From an uncultured Candidatus Saccharibacteria bacterium (GTDB lineage Bacteria; Patescibacteriota; Doudnabacteria; UBA920), in contig CAYYWQ010000001.1 of the NCBI GenBank assembly GCA_964474825.1, forward strand, positions 884,152 to 948,151: a DNA stretch of 64,000 nucleotides. Direction: 5' to 3'. The notes under the pieces are model-generated. The model did no database searches. It saw only the letters and a program-made list of their open reading frames with translations, and was not told the DNA's origin. The translations under genes were made by a program, and so were the position numbers. Shown piece after piece: positions 27,663-37,867 of the stretch; within the stretch, counting starts at the first letter, position 1, and every line of letters starts with the position of its first letter.

Positions 27663-30600
27663 CTAATTTTCATACAATGCCGCGGTCGCTCCCCCGCCGT
27701 CCTCAAAATACTCAAGCATAATTAAGTGTGTCCCTGCAGACAATGTCTTAGTTACAGTATAAGTCGTGGGCGGCTGGTCTTGCCAGTGGTCAATAATCCT
27801 TTCGCCGTCTATATATAACCTAACCCCGTCATCGGCCAAGACTGTAAAGATATGGTTCCCGGCAGTAAAAACTTCGTTCCTCTGCCAACGGGCAGAAAAA
27901 TGGTCTGCGTTTATAGAGGGATGGGGCGACCCATTCTGCCAAAAATTATTTATTAATGGTTCCTGCCGCTGCAGCACAGCCGGACCGCTCAGGTTTTGAT
28001 TATTAAAATACTGCGCTTCAAAAGGCACAGGCGGGCTGTCCATTTTTTGCCAATTAAACTTGGCAATGGCTCCGCCGCCGTTCTCAAAATATTCTACTTT
28101 AATATTATGAACTCCGGCGCTTAGGTCCCTACCCACTGCAAAAGTAGTTTGCGGGTGGTCATTCCACTGGTCAATAATTATTTCATTGTCTACATAAACA
28201 CGAACGCCGTCGTCTGTTGTAGCAACAAAGTTATAGTACCCAGCTTCAAAATTTTGCTGTTTAGAAAAGCGCGCGGAAAAATGATTTACCGGAATAGTGG
28301 GACCAGGAGAGCCGTTGTTCCAAACAAAATCTATAGCGTTGTCATTACGCGAAAGCTTTGGCGTCCCGCTTAGGTTTTGATTGTCAAAATATTCCGCGTT
28401 AAAGCTGCTTTGAGGTAAAACAGTTGGCGGCTCTGTAGTAGTGTCCCAATTTAACTTAGCCACTGCCCCGCCAAAAGCGTCATAATATTCCATTTTAATT
28501 TCATGACTGCCTGCGCTTAAATCTAGCACCGTGGAATAAGGGGTTTCCCCTTGGTCTCGCCATTTGTCTATAACTAACTGACCGTCTATAAACAGCCTAA
28601 CGCCGTCGTCTGTAGAAGTTATAAATTTATAGCGTCCAGTCTCAAAGTCCTGTTGTTTGATCCAGCGTGCGGAAAAATTATCGCTGTTAATTCCTGGGTC
28701 CGGCGATCCGCTATTCCAAATAAAATTAATATTTTGGTCGTCGCGGACCAAGCTCGGTGAACCGGATAAATTTATATTGTTAAAATACTCACCTCTAAAA
28801 GGAGTGGCTGGACGGAAAAAAGCAGTATAGATGGTATTCGAAGAAGACACACTTATGTCATGTTGCTTCGCGCCGCCGTCTGACCAATGGTCAAATTCAT
28901 AGGCAGTGCCTCCGCTGTTTTGATTTTGGACTGAAACATCTAAGCTAAAACCTACAACGTACGCTGTGGTTACCGGTGTATTTTGTGGAATACCGGCTAC
29001 TGTAATTTGCAAATTCGGCGGGTCTGTTATAAAAGTTAAATTGGAAATTTGAGAGGTAATTGTTACGGATTGGCTCGCGGAAATACCGGCACTGTCCGTA
29101 ACTGTCATAATAATTTCATACCAGACGTCCGTCGAAGTTTCCCCTGATGTGGGAACAACAAAGCTGCCGGCCTGACTTTGTGCTGGCCTTAAAAAAGGAT
29201 GGCTGTGGGTGCTGTGATGGAAAACTACTTCGCGCGTAAAAGCCGTGGCCGGCAAGCTATTGCCATCGCCGTCCGTTGCCGTAGCCGCGTAAGCTATTGT
29301 GTCGCCGGCATTATAAACAGAGTTTGACAAAGGAGCAGTAATGTTAATAGTGGGAGACTTACCCACTCTTACAGTAAAAGGATTAGCCAAAGCCATGTTG
29401 ACGCCGTCGCTTACAGAAAGCCCTACCGTGTAAACGCCTTTGGTATTATAAATTTTAACCGGGTTCTGTTCCGAGCTTTGCGTGCCGTCACCAAAATCCC
29501 AAGCGTAAGTTAAAGGCCCGCCTTCCGGGTCGCTGGACCCTGCTGAAGAAAAATTAACCGTCAAAGGAATATTATCCCCGGACATAACATCTGCCCCTGC
29601 CACTGCCGTGGGTATTTGGTTGCCGTTGGTAAAACTGACTTTAAAAAGCTGTCCGGGAAAAATTGTTAAATAATAAAGCGAGCCGTCTGGCGCGATTTTT
29701 ATGTCTACAATACTGCCGACACTTCTGTCAAAATCTTCCACACTTCCCACGCTGCCGTCACTGTTAAAACTTAATGTTTTTAAAAAGTTTTGGGCGTAAT
29801 CACCAAAAAACAACTTACCCTTATATTGTTCCGGGAACATGGAGGCATGGTAAACCGGACCACCGATTACCGAAAAACTCGGGGTTGTGTGTTCATAACT
29901 ATAAATTGGATTAATTAAATTAGCGCAATTATTTGTGCAATTACCTTCAGCTAATGGCCAGCCGTAATTACCGCCTTTGTCTACCTTGTTAATTTCCTCC
30001 CAAGTAGATTCCCCTACATCGCCCAAATATAAATTACCGCTTTGGGAATCGAACTGAAACCTAAAAGGGTTGCGAAAACCATAAGCCCAAATTTCTCCTT
30101 TTGCGTTGGCCTGCGCCACAAAAGGATTACCATTCGGAATACTTCCGTCTTTATTTATACGCAAAATTTTACCCATAGGGGTAGTCAAATCCTGGGCGTT
30201 TGCTGCATTACCGCCGTCACCAATGCTAATGTAAAGCTTGCCGTCCGGGCCAAAAGCTATGGTGCCTCCGGCGTGATTGCTTCCAGCAAGAGCATTTGAT
30301 TTATAAATATCAATTGGGCCATTGCTCCCAACATCTAAAGAAGCATCAAACCTCACAACCCTGTGCATGGAATTTTGGTCTATATAGTAAAAATAGACCC
30401 AATGGTTGTTGTCAAAATCCGGGTCAAAAGCAATACCCAAAAGCCCCCGGTCATCCTGGTTAAAGGAAGGCAACTGGTCAAAAATCCTGGGAAGCACTTG
30501 GCCATTTTTATAAATTTTTATGTTGCCCTCCTGTTCTAAAATAAAAATCCTCCCGTCAGGAGCAAAGGCAAAAGCCGTGGGATTACTTAAGCCACTGCCA

Positions 30601-30713
30601 ATAATTAAACTGGTCTGAAAACCGCTTGGCGGGCCGGCTTTGGTTTTTTGACTAAGAAGACCCAAGACACTTATTAAAATTACGCAGCAAAAAACTGTCA
30701 AAATTTTTCTCAT
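27663..30713 (-). CDS. Glucose/sorbosone dehydrogenase-type beta-propeller + PKD + 3x PA14 secreted protein
   Basis: HAGGTIAFGPDGKLY, YGFRNP, NYGWP; YAWDFGDG; three copies of FSARW/DDGVR/MEYFE. Confidence 0.92.
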   Translation of the reverse strand: MRKILTVFCCVILISVLGLLSQKTKAGPPSGFQTSLIIGSGLSNPTAFAFAPDGRIFILEQEGNIKIYKNGQVLPRIFDQLPSFNQDDRGLLGIAFDPDFDNNHWVYFYYIDQNSMHRVVRFDASLDVGSNGPIDIYKSNALAGSNHAGGTIAFGPDGKLYISIGDGGNAANAQDLTTPMGKILRINKDGSIPNGNPFVAQANAKGEIWAYGFRNPFRFQFDSQSGNLYLGDVGESTWEEINKVDKGGNYGWPLAEGNCTNNCANLINPIYSYEHTTPSFSVIGGPVYHASMFPEQYKGKLFFGDYAQNFLKTLSFNSDGSVGSVEDFDRSVGSIVDIKIAPDGSLYYLTIFPGQLFKVSFTNGNQIPTAVAGADVMSGDNIPLTVNFSSAGSSDPEGGPLTYAWDFGDGTQSSEQNPVKIYNTKGVYTVGLSVSDGVNMALANPFTVRVGKSPTINITAPLSNSVYNAGDTIAYAATATDGDGNSLPATAFTREVVFHHSTHSHPFLRPAQSQAGSFVVPTSGETSTDVWYEIIMTVTDSAGISASQSVTITSQISNLTFITDPPNLQITVAGIPQNTPVTTAYVVGFSLDVSVQNQNSGGTAYEFDHWSDGGAKQHDISVSSSNTIYTAFFRPATPFRGEYFNNINLSGSPSLVRDDQNINFIWNSGSPDPGINSDNFSARWIKQQDFETGRYKFITSTDDGVRLFIDGQLVIDKWRDQGETPYSTVLDLSAGSHEIKMEYYDAFGGAVAKLNWDTTTEPPTVLPQSSFNAEYFDNQNLSGTPKLSRNDNAIDFVWNNGSPGPTIPVNHFSARFSKQQNFEAGYYNFVATTDDGVRVYVDNEIIIDQWNDHPQTTFAVGRDLSAGVHNIKVEYFENGGGAIAKFNWQKMDSPPVPFEAQYFNNQNLSGPAVLQRQEPLINNFWQNGSPHPSINADHFSARWQRNEVFTAGNHIFTVLADDGVRLYIDGERIIDHWQDQPPTTYTVTKTLSAGTHLIMLEYFEDGGGATAALYEN

Positions 30714-30724
30714 ATACTTTTTAT

Positions 30725-32314
30725 TTAATTTACTGCCACGTCTGCAGTCCGTTTAAAAATTAAAATTTCGTCCGAAGTATAAACTTTTTGAAAAAACTTA
30801 TACAAGTCACCTTCTAGCCTGGGATTACTGAAAATACTTTTCCAAACTTCGTCGTCCTTTTGCAAAATAATCCACTTAGCATATTTTTCCGGCTGAGAAA
30901 GAGACTCTTGCCAGTACGGTTTTGTTCCCACATAAATTAAATCTTTCATGGGAACGTTGCTTCTAATAATACTGACTGTTCGGGCGTAGTCGTCCATAAG
31001 TACCAAGCCGCCATCATAATTTTGCGCCATAAAGCGTTCCGCGTCGGGGCGCTTAGCGCTAGACAACCCGGTAATTCCGTCTTCAAATGTTATAACTTTG
31101 GCTCTGCCGCTTAAAAACATAAAAGTTTGGGCCATAAATATAGCTACCAAGAGAACCTTTATGGACTTCGGACTTTTGTAAAACAAATAACCAAAAAATA
31201 AAGCAATAAAAGGTACGGCCATAAGCCCATAACGGACATTAAACAAATTCCAGTGGAAATTGGACGGCGTTAGGGAAGGCACAAAAATTACCGACTGTCC
31301 CATATACAAAGTTAAAACATAAAAGGCAAAAGGCACACCCAGAAGCCCTACAAAATAAAGACGTCTTAAATTAAAACGGCTAAACAAAAACCACAAGCTA
31401 CCCAATAAACCAAAAGCAAATAAAAGAGAACCGGCGTTTTCCATGGCCGCGGCCCCGTAATAGAGCAAAGAATTTTTCAAACTATGGTAACTTGGCAACT
31501 GTCCTATAGCCAAAAAAGCTTTTTGCTGAGTCGCGGCAGAATATTGGCTGTTAGTAAAATAAAGCGGGTCTCCCAAAATTAAATAATCCCATAAAAGCCA
31601 AATTGCAATCCCCGCAAAAGCCACGGTAGCAAACAAAATTAGCTTTCCTTCCATAGTCTTCCATTTTTCTTTATGGGGCAAATAAAATAGCAAAATAATT
31701 CCGGCCTCCGCTGCGACTAAAAACCAACCATCGTATCGGGAAAGCGTGGCGCACAAGCCAAAAAATGCTGCGAGGAATAACGGAGGCAGATAATCGTCCT
31801 TGTCCAAAAAAATTAAAAAATAATACATGGACAACAAGAAAAAAGCAAGCAGCGGCAGCTCAGTCATGGGAGTGGACTGCATATAGAGAATATTGGGATT
31901 AAGCATAAAAACCAAAGAAGCTAAAACAGAGGCGGTTTTGTTTTTAGTTAAATGGAAGGCCAGCCTATACAAATAGGCCGAGGTTATAACAAAAGCTACA
32001 CCCGAAACAATTGACCCGGCGAGGCCGGTTCGCCATAAAAAATCAAACCTAACAAAAGGCAGCAATAACAAATGCGGCAATGGCAGCCAAATGCCTCCTA
32101 ACTGGGCAAACCCAGGAGTTAAACTGTCTATGGCGCGTTTGGCAATGTTTAAATGGGACTCCGCGTCGCCGTAACGGACAATGTAATCGTTCGAATAGGA
32201 AAAATAGGTTGCCCCAATACTAATAATTACCGCTGTTATTGTTACCCATTGTAAAACCGACAGGTTAAAAAGCCGGGTTTTAATTGCATGCAGTTGCGGG
32301 ACAGTAAAAGTCAT
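30725..32314 (-). CDS. ArnT/PMT-like GT-C membrane glycosyltransferase
   Basis: Multi-TM; GDAESH, WLPLPH, PMTE, SRYDGW. Confidence 0.82.
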   Translation of the reverse strand: MTFTVPQLHAIKTRLFNLSVLQWVTITAVIISIGATYFSYSNDYIVRYGDAESHLNIAKRAIDSLTPGFAQLGGIWLPLPHLLLLPFVRFDFLWRTGLAGSIVSGVAFVITSAYLYRLAFHLTKNKTASVLASLVFMLNPNILYMQSTPMTELPLLAFFLLSMYYFLIFLDKDDYLPPLFLAAFFGLCATLSRYDGWFLVAAEAGIILLFYLPHKEKWKTMEGKLILFATVAFAGIAIWLLWDYLILGDPLYFTNSQYSAATQQKAFLAIGQLPSYHSLKNSLLYYGAAAMENAGSLLFAFGLLGSLWFLFSRFNLRRLYFVGLLGVPFAFYVLTLYMGQSVIFVPSLTPSNFHWNLFNVRYGLMAVPFIALFFGYLFYKSPKSIKVLLVAIFMAQTFMFLSGRAKVITFEDGITGLSSAKRPDAERFMAQNYDGGLVLMDDYARTVSIIRSNVPMKDLIYVGTKPYWQESLSQPEKYAKWIILQKDDEVWKSIFSNPRLEGDLYKFFQKVYTSDEILIFKRTADVAVN

Positions 32315-32362
32315 TTATAAGATATCTCCTTTTAACGGATTTATTAGTACTGAGAGGAACCT

Positions 32363-33805
32363 CTATAAAACTTTCGCGTCAAGCGCCAATTGTCGTTGAG
32401 TTTTTACTCCCAAATGCAAACCATGCAAAGTCTTAGCCCAATAGTGGGGCTTAATAATAATTTCATAAAGCGCTTGCCAGGCCGCTACAGACATAAAAAG
32501 CCAATAAGCCGGAACTAAATACGCATACTTAATTAAGTCAAAATAGCCTCTCTTTGCGCAGCCTACCATGTACGCATAAAGGTACATTAAATTACCAAAG
32601 GCCAAACAGAACACCCCCATATATAAAATTGGCGTTGGAAAAAATGAATCAATTACATTCCCAACAGTGGAACGAAAAGCAAAATATACTATTGTCATTA
32701 ACCACAAAAACGGATTTACAAAAATGGAAAATATTTTACCTCCTACCACCAACTGGAAAAAGAATAAATGATGCGCTCTCCCTTTTTGCAAAAACTCGCT
32801 TGGGTTTCTGCTATGCACCAAATAGGTTTGAATATAACCTTTTATCCACCGCGAACGCTGACGATACCAATTTTTCAAATCAGAATTGGCTTCCTCGTAA
32901 GTTGTGGCGTCCATAATGGCCGTATAGTAGCCTTTTTTTGCCAAACGCAAACCCAAATCGCAATCTTCCGTGACATTAAAAGGATCCCATCCGTTTAGCA
33001 AATGAATGTCTTTCGTCCTAAAATGGTTAGAGGTACCGCCCAAAGGTATTGGCGCGTCCAAAGACTGAAGACCTGTTAATACTAAATCAAACCACAAGGA
33101 ATATTCCGCGGTAAAAATTCTGGTTAACAAATTTTGGCGGGGATTATAAAAATTTAGTTTTGCCTGGATGCAAACCGTTCCTTCCTTGGCTTTTCCAAAA
33201 GCTAAAATGGCTTTTTTCAGCTGATCTTTGTCAGGAACATCTTCGGCGTCATAAACCACCAAGTACTCGCCTTTCGCAAACTGTAAGCCGTAGTTCATGG
33301 CTTTGGGTTTGGTTTTAGGCAATGAATGCGGCACAACAATAATTTCAAAATATTCAGGCAAATTTAGAGCCAGTGCCTGATTAATAGTTTCTCTGTCGTC
33401 ATCTTCTAAAAGAAGCATGACCTGAAGTTTATTCTTAGGATAATTCAACTGGCTTATAGCCGAAGCAAACTGAGGCAAGACCTCCCACTCTTTATATAAA
33501 GGACAAAAAATTGTATAAATGGGCAGCTTGCCAGGTTTAAGGTTATCTAATTCTGCCTGGCTAAACTTTATTTCAGTCTCCCTTTTAAATCCACGGAAGA
33601 CTATAAAAAAATTAGCCAATACGTCTAGCAAATAAAGAGAAGTTAACAAAACAACAAAAACCAATAATACAAACTGCCAATTTACAACCGCGGCTATTGC
33701 AACAAAACCTAATACCCCCAAAAACCAAAATTTCTGGCTCCTTGTTATTATCTTTAAAGCCGAATGATGTCTGGGAGAATGAGCCGGGTGGACATTTTTA
33801 ATCAT
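32363..33805 (-). CDS. GT2 processive glycosyltransferase
   Basis: PLYKE, KPKAMNYG, YDAED, TEDCD, QRSRW; flanking TM segments. Confidence 0.93.
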   Translation of the reverse strand: MIKNVHPAHSPRHHSALKIITRSQKFWFLGVLGFVAIAAVVNWQFVLLVFVVLLTSLYLLDVLANFFIVFRGFKRETEIKFSQAELDNLKPGKLPIYTIFCPLYKEWEVLPQFASAISQLNYPKNKLQVMLLLEDDDRETINQALALNLPEYFEIIVVPHSLPKTKPKAMNYGLQFAKGEYLVVYDAEDVPDKDQLKKAILAFGKAKEGTVCIQAKLNFYNPRQNLLTRIFTAEYSLWFDLVLTGLQSLDAPIPLGGTSNHFRTKDIHLLNGWDPFNVTEDCDLGLRLAKKGYYTAIMDATTYEEANSDLKNWYRQRSRWIKGYIQTYLVHSRNPSEFLQKGRAHHLFFFQLVVGGKIFSIFVNPFLWLMTIVYFAFRSTVGNVIDSFFPTPILYMGVFCLAFGNLMYLYAYMVGCAKRGYFDLIKYAYLVPAYWLFMSVAAWQALYEIIIKPHYWAKTLHGLHLGVKTQRQLALDAKVL

Positions 33806-34028
33806 AATTACAAAAGTTTAAAAAAATTAACAACACCCTAACCGCGAAGGCTAATTTAAGGTGTCCTTAAGTAATATCGGTTATAACTATAACTTGTTTC
33901 AATTACCTAAAATTTTCAACAAAAATTCCATATATTTACGGCAAAAATTAAAAGAAACGGTTTTCCTAAATTTTGACAAAAACTTAAAATGGCTTAAACT
34001 TAAGGAAGAGTAATTAATAAGCTAAAAT

Positions 34029-34382
34029 ATGAAAAACAAACAAAAACAAACCTACTGGTTGGTTGGGATTATTGTTCTTATTCTATTGGCTTTATGGTTC
34101 TGGCAGTCCAGGCACCAAGCTAACGCCCCGGTCAAAAACCAGGAAAATAGTAACAACACAACCACCCAGGATAATTTACCCACCCAAAACGGCCCTGTTT
34201 GGACTGGCTTACTCAAGGCTTCCGACAGCCCACAAAAAGGCAACTTAATGTTGGTTACTTCCGGCCGCAATATTTATATTAAAACCAGCCGCGACTTTTC
34301 AGCCCTGGTCAACAAAGAAGTCATTATGACTTATCAAGGCGACTACAATAATTTCCAGTTGGGTAACATAACAGCTAAATAA
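34029..34382 (+). CDS. Hypothetical single-TM protein
   Basis: N-terminal TM, N/Q/T-rich linker, small beta domain. Confidence 0.75.
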   Translation: MKNKQKQTYWLVGIIVLILLALWFWQSRHQANAPVKNQENSNNTTTQDNLPTQNGPVWTGLLKASDSPQKGNLMLVTSGRNIYIKTSRDFSALVNKEVIMTYQGDYNNFQLGNITAK

Positions 34383-34388
34383 CTTTAT

Positions 34389-35291
34389 TTGCTTTTAGAA
34401 ACTCCAAAAAAATTTTCCGATTTCCAACTTCTGGACACCGGAGACGGTTACCGCTTGGAACAATGGGGCCAGGCGGTTTTAGCGCGCCCTGACCCGCAAA
34501 TTATTTGGCCGAGGTCTTTACCGGAAACGGAATGGGACAAGGCTTGGGCAATATTCCAATCACCCTCCGGCAGTGAAAAAGGAAAATGGGAAATAAAAAC
34601 ACCCATGCCAAAACCTTGGGTAATAAAATTCCAGGACACAAAACTGCTGCTTAAACTTTCCCCTTTTAAGCATACCGGCTTGTTTGCGGAACAGGCGGCA
34701 AACTGGGAATGGATGCAAAATAGAATTTTGAATACAGAATCTGAAATAAAGGAAGATGGCGTTCAAAATTCTAAATTCAAAACTCTGAACTTATTTGGAT
34801 ATACCGGTGGCGCGACAATGATCTTAGCAAAAGCCGGTTGCCAAGTTACTCATGTGGACGCCAGCAAGCCGGCCATAACCTGGGCAAACGAAAACCACAA
34901 GTTAAATAATTTACCGGAAGAATCTGTCCGCTGGATTTTAGACGACGCGGTTAAATATGTTAAACGTGAATTAAAGCGCGGCGCAAAGTACGACGGCATA
35001 ATAATGGACCCACCGGCCTTTGGCCACTCGCCCACAGGCAAGACATGGAAATTTAACGAAGACTTGCCCGGACTGCTTGCTGACTGCGTGCAGTTGCTGT
35101 CTCCCAATGCCAAATTTCTTATTATAAACGGCTACGCCACCAATTCCTCGGCTTTAGCGCTCAATAATTTACTGGAAGACGCAATGAAATCTAAACCCGG
35201 AAAAATTGAGTTTGGCGAACTATGTTTAATACAAAAATCCAGTAGATTAATTTCTACCGGAATATTTGCTCGTTGGACAGGCCAACCATAA
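34389..35291 (+). CDS. Class I SAM-dependent methyltransferase (RlmI/YwbD-like)
   Basis: FKHTGLFAEQ, LNLFGYTGG, HVDAS, IMDPPAFG. Confidence 0.92.
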   Translation: MLLETPKKFSDFQLLDTGDGYRLEQWGQAVLARPDPQIIWPRSLPETEWDKAWAIFQSPSGSEKGKWEIKTPMPKPWVIKFQDTKLLLKLSPFKHTGLFAEQAANWEWMQNRILNTESEIKEDGVQNSKFKTLNLFGYTGGATMILAKAGCQVTHVDASKPAITWANENHKLNNLPEESVRWILDDAVKYVKRELKRGAKYDGIIMDPPAFGHSPTGKTWKFNEDLPGLLADCVQLLSPNAKFLIINGYATNSSALALNNLLEDAMKSKPGKIEFGELCLIQKSSRLISTGIFARWTGQP

Positions 35292-35294
35292 CAA

Positions 35295-35328
35295 TATAAA
35301 AGCCCGGCAAAATTGCCGGGCTTTTATT
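35295..35328. terminator. Bidirectional terminator
   Basis: ataaaagcccggcaa-aa-ttgccgggcttttat. Confidence 0.85.
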
Positions 35329-35336
35329 ATCATTTT

Positions 35337-35744
35337 TTATGGCTGATGCTTTTCCCCGCCGGGTTCCAAATAACTCCAAACTTTTTCATACAAATCGTCC
35401 AGATTTAAACTGCCCTTTATTAAATACTCCTTAATCCGGCCTTCAGCAAGGAGCATGTCTTTTAGTTCGGGCTTGTCTAAATTTGTTAAGGCAATAACCG
35501 GGATATTCTCCAGCCGGCTTTCGCTCTTCATGTAATCCAAAATTCCGGTACTGCCATCGGACTGGGTTAATAACAAGTCCAAAATTATTAATTCCGGAGT
35601 TATTTTTTGCAAAAGCTCTTTAGCCTGCTCGGGTGTGGCGGCCCCGTAGACGTCTGTCCCCCAGCTCTCAAACTGCTTGGTTAAAGTGTTTAAAATTAAC
35701 TTATCGTCGTCTATTATTAAAATTGTGTGATGTATTCGGGACAT
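35337..35744 (-). CDS. Stand-alone response regulator receiver protein
   Basis: ILIIDDD, LIILDLLL, IPVIALTN, YLIK. Confidence 0.88.
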   Translation of the reverse strand: MSRIHHTILIIDDDKLILNTLTKQFESWGTDVYGAATPEQAKELLQKITPELIILDLLLTQSDGSTGILDYMKSESRLENIPVIALTNLDKPELKDMLLAEGRIKEYLIKGSLNLDDLYEKVWSYLEPGGEKHQP

Positions 35745-35748
35745 AAAA

Positions 35749-36306
35749 TTATAGCTCAGCTGAATCGCCAATAAACTTGCCGAGCGCGATTAAATAAATA
35801 ATCGGCGCTACCAGCCAAATAAATCCGGCGGGTTGGTTAATAAACAAAGACTGGATGAGTTGGGAAAAATGCTGCTGGGTACCCGGAGGCAAGTAGCTTA
35901 ATATTATATTAATTAAAAGCCCAATTTGCAAAAAAGCAAAGACTAAAGAAAAAACCATGGAAGCCAAATGCCTGCTGTCAGCCGAAGACTTTAAAACAAA
36001 CCTGCCCAAAAATAAAAATAGAATGAGGAAAATAACCACAAAAGCCGCCAACTGCTGTAAGGAAACTATGGAAAGGTTAAGAGGTTTAGCTGCGGCCGTA
36101 CTTAAAAACGGCATTTCCAAAACAATTAACTTGGCCACGTAAACGCTTAACAAAATATTAATGACCCTGCCGCGTCCCGCGGAAAAAGTATAAATTACCG
36201 CCCCGGCAACCCAACCAAGCAAAATAAACAAATCCCAGGACGGATTGGTCCAGTTAAAGCCATGAACTAAACTTGAAGCATCTGTCAAAGACAAGCCTAA
36301 AATCAT
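35749..36306 (-). CDS. Multi-TM membrane protein (CvpA-like)
   Basis: About 5 TM segments; WDLFILL...GRGR. Confidence 0.7.
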   Translation of the reverse strand: MILGLSLTDASSLVHGFNWTNPSWDLFILLGWVAGAVIYTFSAGRGRVINILLSVYVAKLIVLEMPFLSTAAAKPLNLSIVSLQQLAAFVVIFLILFLFLGRFVLKSSADSRHLASMVFSLVFAFLQIGLLINIILSYLPPGTQQHFSQLIQSLFINQPAGFIWLVAPIIYLIALGKFIGDSAEL

Positions 36307-36409
36307 TTTTGTTTCTGCTGATATTATTTAAATAAATTATACCATAAACTCCCCTAAAACAAAAAAGATGGCCTTGCGCCCATCCTTTTGTTTGGAGTAA
36401 ATATTAAAT

Positions 36410-37555
36410 TTAGTTAAACGTCTCTTTTATGCTGTTCCAAAAGTTCTCATCGACCTCTACACTCTCGCCCCGTTCCTGGGCCAATTGCTTTAGGAGCTCT
36501 TTTTCTTTTTTGGATAGCTTGGCCGGGGTTACCACATGGGTGGTAATAAGCAGGTCGCCGCGGCGGCCGGGATCGTTTAAATGTGGTACTCCATGGCTTT
36601 TAACTTTAAGCACCGTACCGCTTTGCGTACTGCCCGGAATTTTTAGCTCAATGTCGCCGTCTAAAGTCTTAACAATAATTTTTGCTCCCAGGGCCGCCTG
36701 GGTAAAACTTATGGGCAAATCTTTTAGCAAATTATTTCCATCACGCTTAAAATCTTTGTGCGGCTTCACGCGGATTGATAAATACAAATCCCCGGGACTA
36801 CTCCCGCGGTAACCGGCCTCGCCTTCGCCGGAGACGCGCACACGTTGGCCGTCGTCTATTCCGGCCGGAATTTTGACTTCAATGGTTTTTTCCTGGCGCA
36901 AGCTGCCGGAGCCGCCGCAGGTTTTGCACGGCACTTCGGGAATTTTTCCGGTACCTTCACAGCGGTCACAGGCCGCGCGAGACTGGATGTTGCCAAAAAT
37001 TGTACGCCTGGAAGTCACTATTTGCCCCTGCCCGTGACATTTAGGACAAGTTACTACTTTGGTGCCCGGCTCGGCACCTAAGCCTGAGCAGGTTTTACAA
37101 ACATCTTTTTTCTCAAGGGTCAAAGTTTTTTCCACGCCAAATACGGCTTCTTCAAAATTAATACTCAGTCCCATTTCCAAATCTATACCGCGACTGCGGC
37201 GGCTTTGTTGCCTCTGCTGGCCACCAAACATGTCGCCAAAAATATCACCCAAATCAAATTCCATGCCGCCAAAATCCGCGCCAGAAAAACCGCCAAAAGG
37301 ATTGCCGCCTTGTTGCTGTTGATAGCCGCCGTTCCTGGCCGCCTGATCAAAAGTTTCGCCGTAAGTATCGTATTGCTGTTTTTTTGTCTGGTCGCCCAAA
37401 ACCTGGTAAGCCTCGTTAACTTCTTTAAATTTTTCCGGGCTGCCTCCGCCTTTGTCCGGATGAAATTCATGCGCCTTTTTTCTGTAGGCGCGTTTAATTT
37501 CGTCGGCTGACGAATTTTTGGAAACACCTAATATATTGTAGTAATCTTTGGCCAT
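36410..37555 (-). CDS. dnaJ: Chaperone DnaJ
   Basis: HPD, G/F region, four CxxCxGxG. Confidence 0.98.
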   Translation of the reverse strand: MAKDYYNILGVSKNSSADEIKRAYRKKAHEFHPDKGGGSPEKFKEVNEAYQVLGDQTKKQQYDTYGETFDQAARNGGYQQQQGGNPFGGFSGADFGGMEFDLGDIFGDMFGGQQRQQSRRSRGIDLEMGLSINFEEAVFGVEKTLTLEKKDVCKTCSGLGAEPGTKVVTCPKCHGQGQIVTSRRTIFGNIQSRAACDRCEGTGKIPEVPCKTCGGSGSLRQEKTIEVKIPAGIDDGQRVRVSGEGEAGYRGSSPGDLYLSIRVKPHKDFKRDGNNLLKDLPISFTQAALGAKIIVKTLDGDIELKIPGSTQSGTVLKVKSHGVPHLNDPGRRGDLLITTHVVTPAKLSKKEKELLKQLAQERGESVEVDENFWNSIKETFN

Positions 37556-37857
37556 TACTCGGTTTTAAATCTAATACTATTGTCCGGCACCACCTGCAGC
37601 TGGATTACTCCAAACTGTTCCTCGTATTTCTTTAAAGTTTCTTCCATGGCTTTCGTAATCCTTTTAAAATGGGAAGGAGAAACAATGATCCGTGCTGCCA
37701 TTTGCGGAGCTGGCGGCATTAAACTAAAAAAATCCAAAATAAATTCCTCTGAGCTACTGCTAACCTGGGCCATTGTGGCGTATTGGCCTTTTAAAACTTC
37801 GTCGCTGGCTTTAACCTGGATTTGTTGTGGGCCTGGTTGCGGATTTTGTTGTTCCAT
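37555..37857 (-). CDS. DUF3467-like protein
   Basis: GQYATMAQV..EEFILDF...ARIIVSPSHFKR...YEEQFGVI. Confidence 0.8.
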   Translation of the reverse strand: MEQQNPQPGPQQIQVKASDEVLKGQYATMAQVSSSSEEFILDFFSLMPPAPQMAARIIVSPSHFKRITKAMEETLKKYEEQFGVIQLQVVPDNSIRFKTE

Positions 37858-37867
37858 AAAATTATTA

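Noticed and set aside
27663-28800. Threefold internal nucleotide similarity
   Set aside because: Explained by three tandem PA14 domains.
25445-33805. Genomic island integrated at tRNA-Lys
   Set aside because: No integrase and no duplicated tRNA 3' end were seen.
33833-33864. Possible c-di-GMP riboswitch before the GT2 gene
   Set aside because: Only one hairpin is visible; the GEMM consensus motifs are absent.
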